64,000 nucleotides of DNA from Curvularia clavata (taxonomy: Eukaryota). The translations under genes and the position numbers were made by a program. The first letter of the stretch is position 1. Each line of letters opens with the position of its first letter. The DNA is taken from the NCBI GenBank assembly GCA_023920165.1, contig CP089276.1, positions 434,001 to 498,000 on the forward strand, given 5' to 3'. Shown here in pieces: positions 58,692-64,000 of this stretch. Under the pieces are notes generated by a model. It was given only the letters and a program-made list of their open reading frames with translations. It was not told the DNA's origin and made no database searches.

Positions 58692-61600
58692 CTATGGTAC
58701 CGGTAAGAAGGACATTGTGAACGTGTTTTGCATTCTATCCTTGGGGAGTTATTTATTTGATCCTTTGCAAAACAAAGCAGGCTTTTAGGCCGCGCTAAGG
58801 AGAAATCCTATAGCAAGTAATATCAGTTTTTGCCGTAGAAATTTTACAGAAACAGAAGCAGTTGGTCCGTGTGATACGAATGGATTCATTGACAAAGCAG
58901 CAACAAGTTGCTACATTTTACTAACAAGAGAACAGCTATACTCACCTCCATTGCTCACGCACCCATTTCTCATGCCTGGTCCGAAAATAAGGAAAGAAAA
59001 ATAGAGCTCGCAAAGGGGACTAGTATCTCATCTTAAAGTCGCGCGATCGTAGAATCGATCGGAACCTGTACCCGTCCAATCGCGATAATCGCCGTTTGTA
59101 CAGTACATCGCCCAGTCGGTAAAATTCGCCAGCCAATCAGAGAAAAAGAGAGGGGGGCGACCGCCTACCACCACTTGAATCTCACTACATAGCATTGCTT
59201 CGATCTTTTCGAATTATGTGTTTTGTGTTTGATCAGAATGGTGTAGAGGGAACACGCATTTCTTTCTTATTGGATTGGAGTATACTAGACCCTGTGGGTT
59301 GCCTTCTTGAGCTAGCACATTTTTGGTTGCAGTTGAAGTATTAGCAGGGAATACTATAGGACCAGGGGTGGGCACTTTGAAGTTCAATCAACTGGTGTCT
59401 GTTGTTTCGTAGTATCAGGCATGGCCGTATTGTCTCCGGTGTCGTTTTTGTACCTTTGGGCGTACAACTGCCCCCATGTTCTGCGTGAGAAAGTCGCCAT
59501 ACCACCACCATCGCCTTCTTCAACGCTGCCAATCCTCTGATTGTTTTTAGAAGTCTGGGCATCTTTGTGGGGTTTGGATGCAGACTTGCAGCTCGGCCAA
59601 TGTATCCGCATGCATGCCAACCTTCACGTCAAGCTTCATTGCGATGTTGGGTAGCCCATAGTGCTTGGCTGTGGGGGATTCGTCTCACACAGAAATACGA
59701 TTTGTATGCGAGCGGGAGGGCGACGAAGCGTTTTTCTAGGATCAGGAGAGCGGTCACTATATATAATAGAAGAAAGTGGGATTATCGTCTGTATAGTGAG
59801 CTGCTCATAGAGAGTCTAGTGACGAAGACGGCATGGCGAATGATGAGGTTCGATTGACGACGACAATGATGATAATTCATTAAATGTTGACGTGATGCAG
59901 AGGAAACAGGAACTTGACGCCAAGGCTAGAGATGGCTGGAGGCGCCAAGGAAATATCATATGCTGGTTGCAACTGCCAAAAAGACCATCTTGTAAAGCGC
60001 GATTAGTTCCCAAGAGAGCGGGCCCCACGTGACAACAACTGCGATGGAAAGAACTATGGCGCCCTTGATGGCAGGCTTTCACCGCGAGGAGAACAACATA
60101 GTTGCTATAAACAAGCTAAATTGCGCAATATAGCGTGATGAACCAAACAAATACACTGTACGAGTATAGTTTGGTAGACTTCCATAGTCACGAACACCTG
60201 GACCACCAAAGACACCCAAGCAAGTTCGATGAAGCAGGAAGGAGCTGCTTGGTGAGGCTTCATTTTTGGACATGACTGCCTCGCAAAACGTCTCGGTTCT
60301 CCGCGGAGCCCTCGATTTTTGTTCATTTCTCTTATACACCACGGAGGACCACTGTACCAGATTCCATCAGAGACGAAATCTTTGCAGCGACTGATGCATA
60401 TACGAGTGTTCAGTGCACGACCTCAGTCCATATACCGACAAAGTGCACACCGATCGGGGCCGCCCGGGTGCAAACTGCCGCGTGATATTGTCCTGGATCG
60501 ATACAGTTGTCCCTAGACTACTTGAGATCCACATAGTAATCTTCTTACTGGCTTGGCTCCTCTGCAATTCGTCTGTACACAGCCAAGCAATGAAGCGTCC
60601 GGTGCTTGTGGGGTCAGTCAGGAAAGGGTCTGATTTACCCCCATCGCGAGCGGCAACGGTCCCAACGGCAAGGCACTCGTTTCGGCTCTTTCCCTAGAAA
60701 ATAGAAAGAGCATCGGATACCATTCTGTCGATCGCTGCTCAAAACCATCCGGCGGCCCTGCCCGAGACAATGGGGTCGAGGGACCCCCAGGAACGGCATG
60801 CCTGATGGAGACATGCGGATGAAGACCACGCTTCACCCCGCGCTTACCAGCGGTACGTGATTTGATTAACAGCATACGCGCGCCGGCGCTTCGAAGTGGA
60901 GAAGGGCGGTTTCTTTGCCCGTTTCGCGTGTGGAAAGCCTGAGAAACAAAAACGTAACCAGTACTCTTAGTCGCGTTTCGGAACCCGGCAAATTTTTTTG
61001 GAGTCGCCACAGGCCAATCTCACGCGTTGAGAAAAAGAGCAAATGACATACGATGCGCCCGGGATTGTAGAAGAGCGCCTGTTCGAGCTTGCTGGTTTGG
61101 GCTTGGCCACACATGGGCGAACCGGAGATGCTGTTGTGCGTGTCATTGCGCATGGGACGACGAGCAGCGGACCCAGGGTTCACGAGATGCTATTGTATGG
61201 AAGACTTAGGTTGTCGTTAGGGCAAGGCATTTGCCCGCTAAACTGCCGACTAAGGCGGACCAGTGAAAAATAGCGGCAAAGTTGGCTGATCATTGCAGTG
61301 AAGGGCGAGGAAACGTGACGGGTACGGCGTTGGCTCCACTAAGCACGACGTCATCGCGCACCTCCAGAGCCGCTTCCTTGGCGCAATTCACCGAAGACTC
61401 CACACGCTGCGGCCGTCGCAAAAGATTTCTGACTTGGGGGGTGGCACCAGGGTCTTCGCAGTCGTAGTATATGAAGACATCGTTTCCAGCCGTGGAACCA
61501 TGTTTGCCCGCTACTTTACCCTGATTCTCCGCGACCTCGTTGTTGCGGAATCTCACCATATAAATACACAAGCATATCCAAGCCTCACAAGCCTCTAGCA

Positions 61601-61836
61601 TCCCATGCTTGGGTGAAGACGCCGTGACGGATCGACATACACCACCGCCGCCCCATAGCTACCCCACGACTCGACCTCTTTGCTGAGGTAACGACGACCA
61701 TCCAGAGCACAATCATTCCGCTTGCGACCACCTGCCCCATTGCTGCCAATCCCTCAGTACCATAGCGCCAAACCCAAGCAACTACTCCATCCACGGTTCC
61801 TTTTGGTCTTCCAAGCAGCACCACCGCCACGCCAAC

Positions 61837-63733
61837 ATGCCTCGAACAATGTTTATAAACCCCTTCAAGTTGCACACGGTGGACGAGTTCCCCGGTGTTC
61901 ACGTGCCTCTTGAAGAATCCGTCCCCAGCGGCCCCAACGCTCCCGTCCGCCAAAGCAACTCTCCTACGCCCTCCGAAAAGGACGCCAAAGACGACCAATC
62001 TGCACGCCCCGAAAGTGATGCATCAAGCGGTGTTGTTAACCATGGAATGACTCTTGCAGCCCTCAAAGCAGATATCGAAGCAGATGTCGCCGCCTCGGGC
62101 ACAGACACCCCCTATGATCGTACGTGACTTGGCTGTGGAGTGCCACTTTTCTAATTCGTACTAAACTCGTTCTAGGCAAATCCAAGGTCATCAATCGGGC
62201 TTTGGAGGATATGGGCATGGGCCGCTATCAGTGGAAGCTTTTCATCTTGGCTGGGTGCGGATGGATGGCAGACAACCTCTGGTTGCAGGTATGTATACAA
62301 TGCGCTTGTCGCTGCCCTCCAGGCTTACCATCATCAGGGTGTCGCACTTACGCTACCACAACTCTCGGTAGAATTTGGCGTCAGTGAGACTGAAGTCCGA
62401 TACACCACTCTTGCGCTCTTCCTTGGTCTTTGCATCGGCGCGTCCTTCTGGGGTACTGCATCCGACATTGTTGGTCGCCGCATCGCTTTCAACTTTACGC
62501 TTTTCCTTGCTGGTGCCTTTGGTCTTGCCTCAGGCGGCGGTCCCAACTGGATCGGCACATGCGCTCTCTACGCTTGTATCGGACTCGGTGTCGGCGGTAA
62601 TCTTCCTGTGGACGGAGCACTCTTCCTTGAGTTTCTGCCACAAACATCTGGAAATCTGCTGACACTTCTCTCCGTCTTCTGGCCCGTTGGCAACTTGATC
62701 GCCTCACTGCGTAGGTTAAGCGCACTGGTTTTGTGTTTCATGACACTGACAAAATGTAGTTGCCTGGGCTTTCATTCCCAACTTCTCGTGCCCTACCGAC
62801 ACCCCGGTTGGTCAATGCAAGATGTCCGACAACATGGGCTGGAGGTATCTCGTTCTTACTCTCGGAGCCATTACGTTCGTCATGTTCATCTCCCGCTTTT
62901 TCTTCTTCCATCTCTATGAGTCACCCAAGTTCCTTCTGTCTCGCGGTCGTCAGGCTGAGGCTGTAGCAACTGTCTACGGAATCGCGTATCACAACAAGAC
63001 GCACACCTGGCTTACCGAGGAAATTCTCAACTACGTTGGAGGCGATCAAGAAGTGACGGGCGAGGATGTTAAGCTTAGCACGCTGGAGATCCTCAAGCGC
63101 TCCATCAGTCGCTTTTCTTTTGCCCGTTTCAAGATCATCTTCCAGGACAAGAAGCTCGGAATCACCACTCTTCTTCTGTGGTTCCAATGGACTACTATCG
63201 GTATGGCTTACCCGCTGTTCAACGCTTTCCTGCCACAATACCTGGCCCACTCTGGTGGTGAGGTAGAGAACGACACCAGCACTGTGTACCGCAACTATGC
63301 CATCACTGCCATTGTCGGTGTTCCTGGATCGCTGTTGGCATGCTACGCTGTGGAGTGGAGGTTCCTCGGTCGCAAGGGTACGATGGCCATTGCTACCGTC
63401 ATCACTGGCGTCTTCGTCTTCCTTTTCACAATCTCCAGCGACTCCGACTTCCAGCTGGCCTTTACTTGCTTGGAGGCTTTCTTCCAGAACATCATGTACG
63501 GTGTGCTGTACGCGTACACTCCTGAGGTCTTCCCCGGCCCAATTCGCGGTACTGGTACCGGAATCAGCAGTTTCTTGAACCGAGTCGCCGGATTGTGCGC
63601 CCCTATTGTTGCCATCTTTTCGAGTAGTGGCAACCCCAAGGCCCCCATCTACGCAAGTGGTGGTCTGTTCATTGCGGCATTCTTCAGCATGCTGATCTTG
63701 CCGATTGAGACACGGGGCAAGCAGACGTTGTAG
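61837..63733 (+). CDS. MFS transporter (SV2/SVOP-like sugar/organic-ion family), multi-exon
   Basis: YDRKSKVINRALEDMGMGRYQWKLF, SDIVGRR, GVGGNLPVDGALFLEFLP, ESPKFL and YTPEVFP..IRGTGTG. TATAAATA at 61559. Introns at ~62120-62175, ~62289-62338 and ~62711-62758. Confidence 0.9.
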
Positions 63734-64000
63734 AGCATCGTCGTTACATTAGGCGGGAGTTAGCAAAATTATACGCATGATAGCGTGCTTATTCCTATGA
63801 ATTAAATGATACCAGTTTTAACGTTAGTTCATCCGTGCAAGAGTACAGTTAGTTGTCAAGTTGAGTGATACCAGTGACATGTGAAATGCCTCCTGTTCAA
63901 GCCAGCACTAGTGATGGCAGCATCCAATCGTAGAGGCAAGCCCATTTGTGCCGAGGTAGGTATTCGGAGGTCATGGAGTTGATAGGGTAGGAGTCCATAG

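Noticed and set aside
58700..61550. Short ORFs between the transcription factor and the MFS gene
   Set aside because: No recognisable motifs or splice-consistent gene model.

Overview
Eukaryotic, intron-containing fungal DNA, most likely a filamentous ascomycete. Gene content and style suggest Dothideomycetes/Pleosporales, which is an inference. About 20 protein-coding genes are supported. Housekeeping-type genes: Ecl1-like, AGX1, DOT5, Mtr-type amino-acid permease, SWIM-RING protein, secreted repetitive wall protein, mitochondrial carrier, two MFS transporters, GT32, P450, PHO84 and a Zn2Cys6 transcription factor. Two accessory-looking islands interrupt these. (1) At ~36-40.7 kb, a NACHT-WD40 NLR with an N-terminal amyloid motif sits head-to-head with a HeLo-domain HET-S homologue whose C-terminus carries two matching repeats. 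This is an nwd2/het-S-type amyloid-signalling cell-death pair. (2) At ~13.6-17.7 kb, a DUF6594-like membrane-protein gene is flanked by two intron-containing, stand-alone retropepsin-like aspartic protease genes. This is a candidate undescribed protease/membrane-effector module. Also noted: a CCGCGGGAAC element shared by the carrier and MFS promoters, Pho4-type CACGTG boxes upstream of PHO84, a probable dual-start AGX1, micro-exons and several gene relics. No rRNA, tRNA, CRISPR or intact transposon was recognised. Exon boundaries were read by eye and family assignments come from motif recognition, not database searches.
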